Assembly (NCBI GenBank): GCA_903892175.1
Contig: CAITHK010000267.1
Span: 146 to 64,145, forward strand
Source of the DNA: an uncultured Burkholderiales bacterium
GTDB lineage: Bacteria > Pseudomonadota > Gammaproteobacteria > Burkholderiales > Burkholderiaceae_C
DNA length: 64,000 bases
Direction: 5' to 3'
The notes beneath the pieces were generated by a model. That model was not told where the DNA came from and did no database searches. It was given only the letters and a program-made list of their open reading frames with translations. The position numbers and the translations under genes were made by a program. Shown here one piece after another: positions 36,800 through 46,600 of the stretch. Every line of letters starts with the position of its first letter. Within the stretch, counting starts at the first letter, position 1.

Positions 36800-37714
36800 T
36801 CAGGCTTGGAACAACAACTGAAACTGTGCACGCAGCCATTGGTTGGCAGGGTCTTGGTGAAAGCGTGCATGCCAGTGTTGGCGAATGTCAATCATGCCAA
36901 TGTCGATGGGCAAGGGCAGCACCCGCAAGCCTTCGCTGGCTGCGAAGGTTTCAGCCAGTCGCGATGGCACAGTGACCATCAAGTCGGTTTGCGAGACGAT
37001 GCTCGACAAACCCATGGAGTGGGCCACCCGCAGGCCGACGTGACGCTTCACCCCGAGGTTGTTGAATTCTTGGTCCAGCAGATGGTCCACGGCCTCGTGG
37101 CTGGCCGACGAGGGGAGGTAAGAAATGTGCGAACCTTGGAGGTAATGATCCAAGCTCAAGCTGTCTTGGATGGTGCTGTGGTTGTCTCGGATCAACACCA
37201 CATAGTGTTCTCTGAACAAACGTTGGATGTAAAAGTTGGGCCCAAAGTCGCCAAAAAATCCAACCGCCAAATCAATGTCTCCGCTGGTAAGGCTGGCGTC
37301 GATGCGGTCGCTGGGGATGTCCACAATCGACACGCTCACCGAGGGGGCGGCTTGGCTCAAGTGCGCCAACAGTTTGGGCAAAAACACCCGTTGCCCCACC
37401 TCGCTGGTGCACACAGAAAACGTGCGTTGGCTGGTGCTGGGACTGAATTGGCGCCTCTCTTCAATCGCTTGTCGCAAATGGCCGAGTGCCGCTTTGACGG
37501 GTTCTGACAGGTTTTGGGCCAAGGGGGTGGGCTGCATGGCCCCTTGGATGCGAACAAATAGCGGGTCTTGAAAGTAGTCCCGCAAACGCCCCAAGGCATT
37601 GCTGACCGAAGACTGCGTGAGCCCCAGCTCTTGCGACGCCAAGGTGACGCCCTGGGTGCGAAAAATGGCGTCGAAGACCAGCAGCAAATTGAGGTCGAGT
37701 GCGTTGAGTTTCAT
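36800..37714 (-). CDS. LysR-family regulator, NahR/DntR-like
   Basis: Motifs LDLNLLLVFDA, SNALGRLRDYFQDPLFVR and WHARFHQDPANQWLR. Confidence 0.92.
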   Translation of the reverse strand: MKLNALDLNLLLVFDAIFRTQGVTLASQELGLTQSSVSNALGRLRDYFQDPLFVRIQGAMQPTPLAQNLSEPVKAALGHLRQAIEERRQFSPSTSQRTFSVCTSEVGQRVFLPKLLAHLSQAAPSVSVSIVDIPSDRIDASLTSGDIDLAVGFFGDFGPNFYIQRLFREHYVVLIRDNHSTIQDSLSLDHYLQGSHISYLPSSASHEAVDHLLDQEFNNLGVKRHVGLRVAHSMGLSSIVSQTDLMVTVPSRLAETFAASEGLRVLPLPIDIGMIDIRQHWHARFHQDPANQWLRAQFQLLFQA

Positions 37715-37726
37715 GGCTGGGCTGAT

Positions 37727-37743
37727 TATTGATGGGCTCAATA
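37727..37743. promoter_or_regulatory. NahR/DntR-type operator candidate
   Basis: TATTGA-N5-TCAATA inverted repeat just upstream of the lysR start, in the divergent promoter. Confidence 0.6.
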
Positions 37744-37863
37744 GTAGCCATCATGGGGAGGCCTTTGAAAGCAGCTACAGTCCTGCCTCACACAACACAC
37801 GCTGCTGTCTGGGACGGTGGTGTAAGACCACATTCTTTGTTATTCAATCCAGGAGATCGACAC

Positions 37864-38646
37864 ATGATGAACGAAGCAGAAAGACAGCAAGCCGTTGAGC
37901 GTTTGTTGCAGGCAGAAAAAGACCGCAAGCAAGCCACGTTGTTGTCTGATTCATTCCCGCACATTCAACTGGAAGACTCTTACGCCATCTCCAGCGCGGT
38001 GGCCGCTCGGAAAATTCAAGACGGTGCCAAGCTGATTGGCCACAAGGTGGGGCTGACTTCCAAGGCCATGCAAGCTTCTTCCAAAATCGACGAACCGGAT
38101 TACGGCCATTTGCTCGACACCATGTTGATTGCAGAGGGTGCCAAAGTGCCCCACGCCAATTTCTGTTTGCCACGCGTTGAGGTGGAGTTGGCTTTCGTGT
38201 TGGGTGAGTCCCTCAAGGGACCGGGCATTGGCTTGGTCGATGTGTTGCGTGCCACCGAGTATGTGGTGCCAGCCCTTGAAATTGTGGACGCGCGTTTGGT
38301 GGACCAGCGCAAGATTTACGACACCGTGGCCGACAACGGTGCGGCGGCTGGTTTGGTCTTGGGTGGGCGCCCCGTTCGCCCCATGGATGTGGACCTGCGC
38401 TGGGTCAGTGCCTTGATGTACCGCAATTCGGACATCGAAGAAACCGGTGTCGCCGCCGGCGTGTTGGGCCATCCCGCGTTGGGCGTGGCTTGGTTGGCCA
38501 ACAAATTGGGGCAGCATGGGGTGACGCTTGAAAAGGGGCACATCATTTTGTCGGGCTCCTTCACCCGTGTGGTGTTCGCCCGCAAAGGCGACACCTTGTT
38601 TGGTGACTTTGGCCCCTTGGGCAGCGTCAGCGTGCAATTCATTTAA
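37864..38646 (+). CDS. hpaH: 2-oxo-hept-3-ene-1,7-dioate hydratase (HpaH/HpcG)-like
   Basis: Motifs GHKVGLTSKAMQ, EPDYG, PRVEVELAF, DTVADN, VLGHPA and LSGSFTR. Confidence 0.82.
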   Translation: MMNEAERQQAVERLLQAEKDRKQATLLSDSFPHIQLEDSYAISSAVAARKIQDGAKLIGHKVGLTSKAMQASSKIDEPDYGHLLDTMLIAEGAKVPHANFCLPRVEVELAFVLGESLKGPGIGLVDVLRATEYVVPALEIVDARLVDQRKIYDTVADNGAAAGLVLGGRPVRPMDVDLRWVSALMYRNSDIEETGVAAGVLGHPALGVAWLANKLGQHGVTLEKGHIILSGSFTRVVFARKGDTLFGDFGPLGSVSVQFI

Positions 38647-38655
38647 AGGCCTCAC

Positions 38656-39414
38656 ATGGACCTGCCCGTCAATCTGTTCAAGCGTGCCATTCAATCGGGC
38701 GTGCATCAAAAAGGTCTGTGGACCACCCTGGCCAGCACCTATTCCACCGAGGCGGTGGCCGGGGCTGGTTTTGATTGGTTGCTGCTGGACATGGAGCATT
38801 CGCCCAATGAGATGGACACCATCTTGCAGCAATTGCAAACCATTGCAGGCTACGCCACCCAAGCGGTGGTGCGCCCGGTGTGGAACGACCCCTTGGCGAT
38901 CAAGCGGCTGCTCGACATAGGGGCGCAGACTTTGCTTATTCCCTATGTGCAAAACGCTTTGGAGGCCGAACAAGCGGTCCGTTCCATGCGTTATGCCCCC
39001 CGTGGCATGCGTGGTGTGAGTGCTTTGACGCGCGCCACACGGTTTGGCAGGACGGCCGATTACATGCAACGGTGTGAACAAGAGTTGTGCTTGCTGGTGC
39101 AAGTCGAGACCCAGGCGGCGCTCAATGAGATTGAAGCCATCGCTGCGGTCGACGGTGTGGACGGCATCTTCATCGGTCCAGCGGATTTGTCGGCAAGTCT
39201 GGGTTTTCCAGGGCAACTCAAGCATCCCACCGTCTTGGCGGCGATTGATGATGCGATCCGTCGCATCACAGCCTGTGGCAAGGCGGCGGGTATATTGACG
39301 GGCGACAAAGAATTGGCCCATCGCTTCATCCAACTCGGCACACTCTTCACGGCGGTGGGGGTCGATGCGGGTTTGTTGGCCCGCGCGGCAGACGCCTTGG
39401 CCAAAGACTTTTGA
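38656..39414 (+). CDS. hpaI: HpcH/HpaI class II pyruvate aldolase
   Basis: Motifs GFDWLLLDMEH, IKRLLDIGAQ, VQVET and FIGPADLS. Confidence 0.87.
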   Translation: MDLPVNLFKRAIQSGVHQKGLWTTLASTYSTEAVAGAGFDWLLLDMEHSPNEMDTILQQLQTIAGYATQAVVRPVWNDPLAIKRLLDIGAQTLLIPYVQNALEAEQAVRSMRYAPRGMRGVSALTRATRFGRTADYMQRCEQELCLLVQVETQAALNEIEAIAAVDGVDGIFIGPADLSASLGFPGQLKHPTVLAAIDDAIRRITACGKAAGILTGDKELAHRFIQLGTLFTAVGVDAGLLARAADALAKDF

Positions 39415-39504
39415 GCGTGATTCGTCGCTTGCGTTGACCTAGGTCAACACGCCCAAGTGCTGTACTTCCTACATTTCGTTCAACACAAAAGAACGGAGCA
39501 AGTT

Positions 39505-40389
39505 ATGAAGTACATCACCCAAGAGACCCTCACCGAGCAAGTGCTCGAGGCCATGAAAGGCACCACCGACGCGCGACTGCGTGAGGTGTGTAACGCCTTG
39601 GTCAAGCACTTGCACGCGTTTGTGCGCGAGGTCAAACCCAGCGTCAAAGAGTTTGAACATGGGTGTGACTTTTTGGTGTCACTCGGACAGTCCAGCAGTG
39701 CCAAGAAAAACGAGGTCATCCTGGCGCTGGATATTCTGGGGGTGTCTGCCTTGGTGACCTTGCTCAACGACCAAGACAACCATGCGCATGCCAAAACCGA
39801 TGCGGCTTTGCTTGGACCATTTTGGCGCTCAGCTTCGCCCGCTTACCCCGCAGGTGCCAACATCGCGCGGGGCACCGATGCCGAGTCACCCGATCAGGTG
39901 ATGCGGGTCTGTGGTGTCGTGCGTGATCCGCAGGGGCGGCCTGTGCCAGATGCCTTGGTGGATGTGTGGCAAGCCTCGCCACGCGGCTTGTATGAGAATC
40001 AAGACGAGAGCCAGCCCGACATGAATTTGCGCGGACGCTTCACCACTGACGCCCTAGGTGCCTACAGTTTCAGAACCGTGCGGCCCGCTGGTTACCCGGT
40101 CCCCGTGGACGGGCCCTGCGGTGACTTGTTGCGCGCCCAGCATCGTGACCCGTATCGCCCAGCGCACATTCACTTCATGGTGTCCAAGCCGGGCTACCAA
40201 GTGTTGGTGACCCAAGTGTTCTCTGACGACGATGCACGACTTGAAACCGACGTGGCGTTTTCCGTGATGGAGAGCCTGGTGGGCCACATCGACCACCAGC
40301 CGGTGGAGGGCTCGCACGGCTTCAGCCTCAACTTTGATGTCGTCTTGCACCCAGGGGAGACCTTGTTTCCGATCCCCCCGTTGGGCTGA
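39505..40389 (+). CDS. Second intradiol ring-cleavage dioxygenase
   Basis: Motifs GLYENQD, PAGYPVP and RPAHIHF; paralog of 34155-35099. Confidence 0.88.
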   Translation: MKYITQETLTEQVLEAMKGTTDARLREVCNALVKHLHAFVREVKPSVKEFEHGCDFLVSLGQSSSAKKNEVILALDILGVSALVTLLNDQDNHAHAKTDAALLGPFWRSASPAYPAGANIARGTDAESPDQVMRVCGVVRDPQGRPVPDALVDVWQASPRGLYENQDESQPDMNLRGRFTTDALGAYSFRTVRPAGYPVPVDGPCGDLLRAQHRDPYRPAHIHFMVSKPGYQVLVTQVFSDDDARLETDVAFSVMESLVGHIDHQPVEGSHGFSLNFDVVLHPGETLFPIPPLG

Positions 40390-40396
40390 GTCAGCC

Positions 40397-41560
40397 TCAA
40401 GCCGGATGTTCGCTGGCAGGCAGTTGGCTGATGACAGCCAAAGTCACCAGCGACGACACCGCCATGACCGCCAACAAGGTGGTGAAGCCCGACTGTTTGA
40501 CGATGGGGCCAATCAGCAGCACTGCGATGGAGCTGGCCCCAAACGAGACGGCCAAGCGCATGCCCGTGACGCGCGAGCGCATGGTGTCGTCCACGAAACG
40601 CACAATCATGGCGTCGGTGAAGGGAATCGCGCCGAACACCCCAGCCATGAACAAAAACTGCACGCCATAAAACCACCAGCCATCGACTTGGGTGGCCACG
40701 ATCAACACCAGCGCTTGGAACGCCAGGATGCGCAGGTAGAGGTGTTTGAGGGGGACTTTGTCAATCATGTGTCCCACCCACAGCTGCGACAGGGAGGCGG
40801 CCGCGTACACCAGGCCCAGCAGCAGGCCGATCTGAGCCGGGTCTTGCGTCAGTCCCACAAGCTTGTCGGCCAGCAACTCGTAATTGCTGTTGGTCGACAG
40901 GTTGAACAGCAAGCTGCTGCTGGTGGATGCCAAAGTCATCACCAACAACAAAGTCGGCATTGACAGGCCGCTGTGCTGCATGGGCGTTGATTTTTTCTTA
41001 GACGGGGCCGTGGCCTCGTGGGTGGCCCAGCGGGCAAATGCGAGTCCACACACGATGCTGATGACGCCAGGGATGAGAAATGCCATGCGCCATCCGTAGT
41101 ACTTGACGAACAAGCCGGTGACCACAGCGGCCAAGGCCACGCCTAAATTGCCACACAGCCCGTTGACGCCAATGGTCCAACCCGGGCGCGCCGAACCTTG
41201 GACCAGCATCGGAATCGCCACCGGGTGATAGATCGAGGCAAAGGCGCCGAGCAGGGCCAAGGCCATGGCCATGTGCAGGGGTGATTGGGTTTGGCTGACC
41301 CAAAGGCTGGCCGCGCCTATGCCTAAGAAAAAGACCACCATCATGGGGCGGCGTCCCCATTGGTCACCCAGTTTGCCGGAAGGCAAGGAGCCAATGCCAA
41401 ACAAGAAAAATGCGGCCACGCTGTAGGGCATCAAATCTTCCCAGCGCTCAAAACCAAACTCTGCCGCGATGCTGGAGACCGCAGTGGCAAAGATCAGCAA
41501 AAACATGTGGTCCATGGCGTGCCCAAAGTTGAGCAATAGTTGTGTGCTGCGGTTTTGCAT
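40397..41560 (-). CDS. MFS transporter
   Basis: Many hydrophobic helices; motif-A-like GKLGDQWGRR and ASIYHP. Confidence 0.88.
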   Translation of the reverse strand: MQNRSTQLLLNFGHAMDHMFLLIFATAVSSIAAEFGFERWEDLMPYSVAAFFLFGIGSLPSGKLGDQWGRRPMMVVFFLGIGAASLWVSQTQSPLHMAMALALLGAFASIYHPVAIPMLVQGSARPGWTIGVNGLCGNLGVALAAVVTGLFVKYYGWRMAFLIPGVISIVCGLAFARWATHEATAPSKKKSTPMQHSGLSMPTLLLVMTLASTSSSLLFNLSTNSNYELLADKLVGLTQDPAQIGLLLGLVYAAASLSQLWVGHMIDKVPLKHLYLRILAFQALVLIVATQVDGWWFYGVQFLFMAGVFGAIPFTDAMIVRFVDDTMRSRVTGMRLAVSFGASSIAVLLIGPIVKQSGFTTLLAVMAVSSLVTLAVISQLPASEHPA

Positions 41561-41570
41561 GGCGGGCGCG

Positions 41571-42551
41571 TCAATCGCTGGCGGTGATGTTGTTACGTTT
41601 GATGAAGCTTGTGTAGGCGTCGCGCTCTTGCTTCATGGATGTGGCCAAACCACCCAAACTCGGCGTTTCGGCCACCAGGCCCTGGGCTTCGAGCTTGCTG
41701 GCAAAAGTACTTGATTTGGCCAGTTGCACCAACTCTTGGTTCATGCGTTCGACAATGACGGCAGGTGTACCGGTGGGGGCCACCAAGCTGAAGGAACTGT
41801 GGGTGTTGAGGTCGGGCACACCGGCCTCGGTCAGGGTGGGGACACCGGGCAACAACGGAGTGCGTTGCTCCAGCGCCAGAGCCGAGACTTTGCCAGAGCG
41901 AATCAAGGACAGCGCAGAGGCTACATCGGCAAACATGAATTGAATTTGTCCTGCCAACAAGTCTTGGTACGCCGGCCCTAAGCCTTTGTAGGGCACGTGC
42001 AAAAAGCTGGCGCCAGTTTTTTCTTCCAGCATGCGCACCCCCAAGTAGGTGGTGCTGCCGGTGCCTGCCGAACCGAACGACAGTTTGCCGGGTTCTTTCT
42101 TGGCCAGCGCAAGGAACTCTTGGAGGTTGCGGACTTTGAGCGCAGGGTTGATCACCAGCGCCAATGGGCCGGGTGCGCGCATGATGGGCACAAAGTCCCG
42201 TTCAGCGTCGTAACTCAGGTTTTTGAACAAGCTGCCATTGATCGTCAAGGACGTGTTGGCGGAGACCAAAAAGGTGTAACCGTCGGGGGCCGACTTGGCC
42301 ACACTGGCCGCGCCGATGTTACCGCTGGCCCCCGGTCGGTTCTCGACCACAAACTGTTGTTTGAACACATCTGATAGCGCTTGTCCGATCATGCGTGCAT
42401 ACATGTCGGTGCCCCCGCCCGGTGAAGAGGACACCACCAATTTGACGGGCCGATTCGGCCAAGCCTCTTGCGCCCAGACCGGCTGCATGAGAGCGCACAA
42501 GAGGGCGCCTGCCAGCGCGTGAAAAATTACCCCAAATCCTGAGCGTGCCAC
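41571..42551 (-). CDS. Bug/TctC substrate-binding protein
   Basis: Motifs WPNRPVKLVVSSSPGGGTD and HVPYKG. GTG start at 42551 has an AAAGGAG RBS. Confidence 0.9.
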   Translation of the reverse strand: MARSGFGVIFHALAGALLCALMQPVWAQEAWPNRPVKLVVSSSPGGGTDMYARMIGQALSDVFKQQFVVENRPGASGNIGAASVAKSAPDGYTFLVSANTSLTINGSLFKNLSYDAERDFVPIMRAPGPLALVINPALKVRNLQEFLALAKKEPGKLSFGSAGTGSTTYLGVRMLEEKTGASFLHVPYKGLGPAYQDLLAGQIQFMFADVASALSLIRSGKVSALALEQRTPLLPGVPTLTEAGVPDLNTHSSFSLVAPTGTPAVIVERMNQELVQLAKSSTFASKLEAQGLVAETPSLGGLATSMKQERDAYTSFIKRNNITASD

Positions 42552-42621
42552 TGCGATGTCTCCTTTGTTCAGCCGAATAATAGCGGTGCAGCATATATTC
42601 ACCTTTCGCAGAAAGGCATCT

Positions 42622-43605
42622 ATGAAGCAAGGTCAAAGCCATTGGTTGAAAGTCACTGTGCTGGGTGTGTGTGCGATGGCACTCAGCCCCTTCGCCTTGT
42701 GGGCTCAGGGTTATCCCAACAAACCCGTCAAGGTCATCGTGACTTTTCCGCCAGGTGGCACCCCCGATATTTATGGCCGCTTGTTGTCACAAGAACTCTC
42801 CACGCTTTGGAAACAATCGGTGCTGGTGGATAACAAAACTGGTGCCAGCGGGACCATTGGCACCGACTTCGTGGCCAAGTCGGCGCCCGACGGCTACACC
42901 TTGCTGTTTGCAGCCGACGCAACCATCACCATTGCCCCCAATTTGTTCCCCAGCATTCCCTACAACGTCAGCAAAGACTTGACCCCCATCATCAATGCTG
43001 CGACCGGGCCTTTTGTGTTGTTGGCCAATCCCAATTTCCCAGTCAATGACATGAAGTCGTTGATTTCGATGGCCAAACAGCAACCTGGCAAGATCACCTA
43101 CGCTTCCTCGGGGGCAGGTGGACAGCAACATTTGTCGATGGAAACCGTCAAGCACATGGCCGATGTGAACATCACCCATGTGCCCTACAAGGGGTTTGGT
43201 CAGGGTGTCAACGATGTGATGGCAGGTCACGTGCCTTTGATTTTTGGTGGTATCACGGCCTCATTGCAACTCACCAAAAGCGGCAAGCTCAAAGCGTTGG
43301 CAGTGACCAGCGCCAAGCGTTCCAAAGCCATGCCGCAGGTGCCCGCCATTGCTGAAACCTTGCCCGGTTTTCGCATCGATGCTTGGTATGGTTTTTTGGG
43401 GCCAGCAGGCATGCCCAAAGAGCTTGTGAAGAAAATCCACGACGATGTGGCGTCCATCATCAAGCGGCCTGACTTTCAAGCCCGCATCATGGCCGATGCG
43501 ATGGAGCCCGTGGGCAACAGCTCGGAGGAGTTTGCCGCGCAAATCGCTGAGGATTTGAACGACTGGGCCAAGTTGATCAAGTCAGCCCAAATTAAGTTGG
43601 ATTGA
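42622..43605 (+). CDS. Bug/TctC substrate-binding protein
   Basis: Motifs YPNKPVKVIVTFPPGGTPD and HVPYKG. Confidence 0.92.
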   Translation: MKQGQSHWLKVTVLGVCAMALSPFALWAQGYPNKPVKVIVTFPPGGTPDIYGRLLSQELSTLWKQSVLVDNKTGASGTIGTDFVAKSAPDGYTLLFAADATITIAPNLFPSIPYNVSKDLTPIINAATGPFVLLANPNFPVNDMKSLISMAKQQPGKITYASSGAGGQQHLSMETVKHMADVNITHVPYKGFGQGVNDVMAGHVPLIFGGITASLQLTKSGKLKALAVTSAKRSKAMPQVPAIAETLPGFRIDAWYGFLGPAGMPKELVKKIHDDVASIIKRPDFQARIMADAMEPVGNSSEEFAAQIAEDLNDWAKLIKSAQIKLD

Positions 43606-43667
43606 GACGATTTTGTGTGACCCATGGAGCCCGAGCGGCTCCTTGCATTCTTTGAAAGGAATCTCCG

Positions 43668-44411
43668 GTGTTAATTTTTCGTTTTATTGTTCTGGTGGCC
43701 TTGCAATTGCTGAGCACGTGTGTCTTGGCTGACTTGTCCATCATCTCGTCCACCGGTGTGTCGAGCATCATGCAAGAGCTCATCCCCGCATTCGAGCGCG
43801 AATCGGGGCACCGCGTGACCATCAGCTACAACACGTCCAACATCATCATGGATCGCCTCAAGCGAGGCGAGCGTGCAGACCTGGTGATCTTGACCGCCCC
43901 TTTGATCGACAGCCTGACCCAGCAAGGCCTTTTACAAGCCGGCACGCGCACCGACATGGCCAAGTCGGGCATCGGTGTGGCGGTGAAAGCCGGAGCGCCA
44001 CGTCCTGACATCAGCAGTGTGGCCGCATTCAAACAAACGCTGTTGGACACACCTTCGGTAGCTTACACAGGCACAGGCGCCAGTGGGCTTTACTTCGCTG
44101 GCTTGGTCGAAAAAATGGGCATTGCCAACGAGGTCAAGCCCAAGTCAAAAATTCCAGCGGGTGGGCTGGTGGCGGAGTTGGTGGTCAAAGGAGAGGCTGC
44201 CTTGGCGGTTCAGATGATCAGCGAGCTCAAAGCTGTACCGGGGGCCGACTATGTGGGACCTTTGCCAGCCCCGATGCAGCTCTTCACCGTGTTCTCTGCC
44301 GGCATGTTGGCACAAGCCACAGAAACGGCGGCGGCTCAGTCCATGCTGGCGTTCATGAAGAAACCTCAAGCCCAGGCCATTTACCGCGCTAAAGGCATGG
44401 ACACCGATTGA
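43668..44411 (+). CDS. ModA-like (SBP_bac_11) substrate-binding-fold protein
   Basis: Motifs PAFERESGH, ADLVIL, GVAVKAGAPRPDISS, GASG and YVGPLP; no modB/modC adjacent. Confidence 0.82.
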   Translation: MLIFRFIVLVALQLLSTCVLADLSIISSTGVSSIMQELIPAFERESGHRVTISYNTSNIIMDRLKRGERADLVILTAPLIDSLTQQGLLQAGTRTDMAKSGIGVAVKAGAPRPDISSVAAFKQTLLDTPSVAYTGTGASGLYFAGLVEKMGIANEVKPKSKIPAGGLVAELVVKGEAALAVQMISELKAVPGADYVGPLPAPMQLFTVFSAGMLAQATETAAAQSMLAFMKKPQAQAIYRAKGMDTD

Positions 44412-44429
44412 CGGTCTCAGCCCAGGATT

Positions 44430-45245
44430 TCAAATCAGGGTTCTGAGCGATTGGGCGGTGTGTTGCAGTAGGGGCAGCCAACGGGCGGCCAGATCGACCG
44501 ACGTGGAAGCCGCACCTGAGCGCACCAAGTTCAAGGCGGCGACCGTGTCACCTCGGGCGTTTCTCAGCGGAACCGCCAAAGCGTCAACCCCCAGCTCATG
44601 CTCTTGATCGGCCACGCAATAGTCTTGCTTGGCCACTTGTTTGAGTTTTTTCTTCAAGGCCTGGGTTTGCGTTGAGGTGTTGGCGGTCAAGCGGCTCAAG
44701 CTGTTGGCCTTGAGCCAATCTTGCAGTTGTGTGGGGGCCAAGTTGGCCAGCAATACCTGACCGGTGGAGGTGGCATGCGCTGGCAGTCGGGTGCCCACGT
44801 GCAAGCCATAGGCCAGCACGGTGTGGCTCGCTTTGGCGGGCAGTTCTAAGCCCTGCCAAATCCCGCGCGCCACGATGATGACGGCATCGTTTTGCAACAC
44901 AGCGACCGAACACGACAACTGGGTGGCCAAACTCAGTTGGTGTAGGGTGGGCTGAACTGCACGGGGCAAACGTGCACCCGACAGATAGCTGCCTGCAAAC
45001 CCCAGCACCTTGGCGGACAACCAGTAATACTGTCCGTCGGTTTCCAAATACCCCAAGTGGGTGAGGGTGAGCAAATGGCGGCGTGCGGCGGCCCGCGTGA
45101 GCCCGGTCCGTTGTGCGGTCAAGGTGGCATTGAGCCGTTGGCGTTCGGTGTCAAAGCTTTCTAAAACTGCCATGCCACGGGCCATGCCTTCAATCCAGTC
45201 GGCTTTTTGGATGGGGGAGCGAGGTAGGGAAGGTTGCGCGATCAT
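44430..45245 (-). CDS. pobR: IclR-family regulator, PobR/PcaR-like
   Basis: Motifs ARGMAVLESF, GLTRAAARRHLLTL, GTRLPAHATSTG and DQEHELG; divergent from pobA. Confidence 0.82.
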   Translation of the reverse strand: MIAQPSLPRSPIQKADWIEGMARGMAVLESFDTERQRLNATLTAQRTGLTRAAARRHLLTLTHLGYLETDGQYYWLSAKVLGFAGSYLSGARLPRAVQPTLHQLSLATQLSCSVAVLQNDAVIIVARGIWQGLELPAKASHTVLAYGLHVGTRLPAHATSTGQVLLANLAPTQLQDWLKANSLSRLTANTSTQTQALKKKLKQVAKQDYCVADQEHELGVDALAVPLRNARGDTVAALNLVRSGAASTSVDLAARWLPLLQHTAQSLRTLI

Positions 45246-45271
45246 CGTGCGTCTATTCTATTCATCGCGCA
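45235..45271. promoter_or_regulatory. Candidate PobR operator / pobR promoter
   Basis: TGCGCGAT (45235-45242) and ATCGCGCA (45264-45271) form an inverted repeat. Minus-strand TAGAAT lies 9 nt before the pobR ATG. Confidence 0.4.
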
Positions 45272-45314
45272 TCTTTGTGCTTGCCGTCTGCGGTGGTGGC
45301 TCCTGTGCCCTTAA

Positions 45315-46538
<1,224 letters not shown>

Positions 46539-46600
46539 GCTCAAACCCCTTGTGACAAGTCAAGGTGTGACAATGAAGCCTTCACTTCATTCCTTCGTCA

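Noticed and set aside
46551-46573. TGTGACAA direct repeat upstream of the M14 peptidase as a Pho box
   Set aside because: The period is 15 bp rather than the 11 bp typical of PhoB/OmpR boxes. It could be another site but is unsupported.
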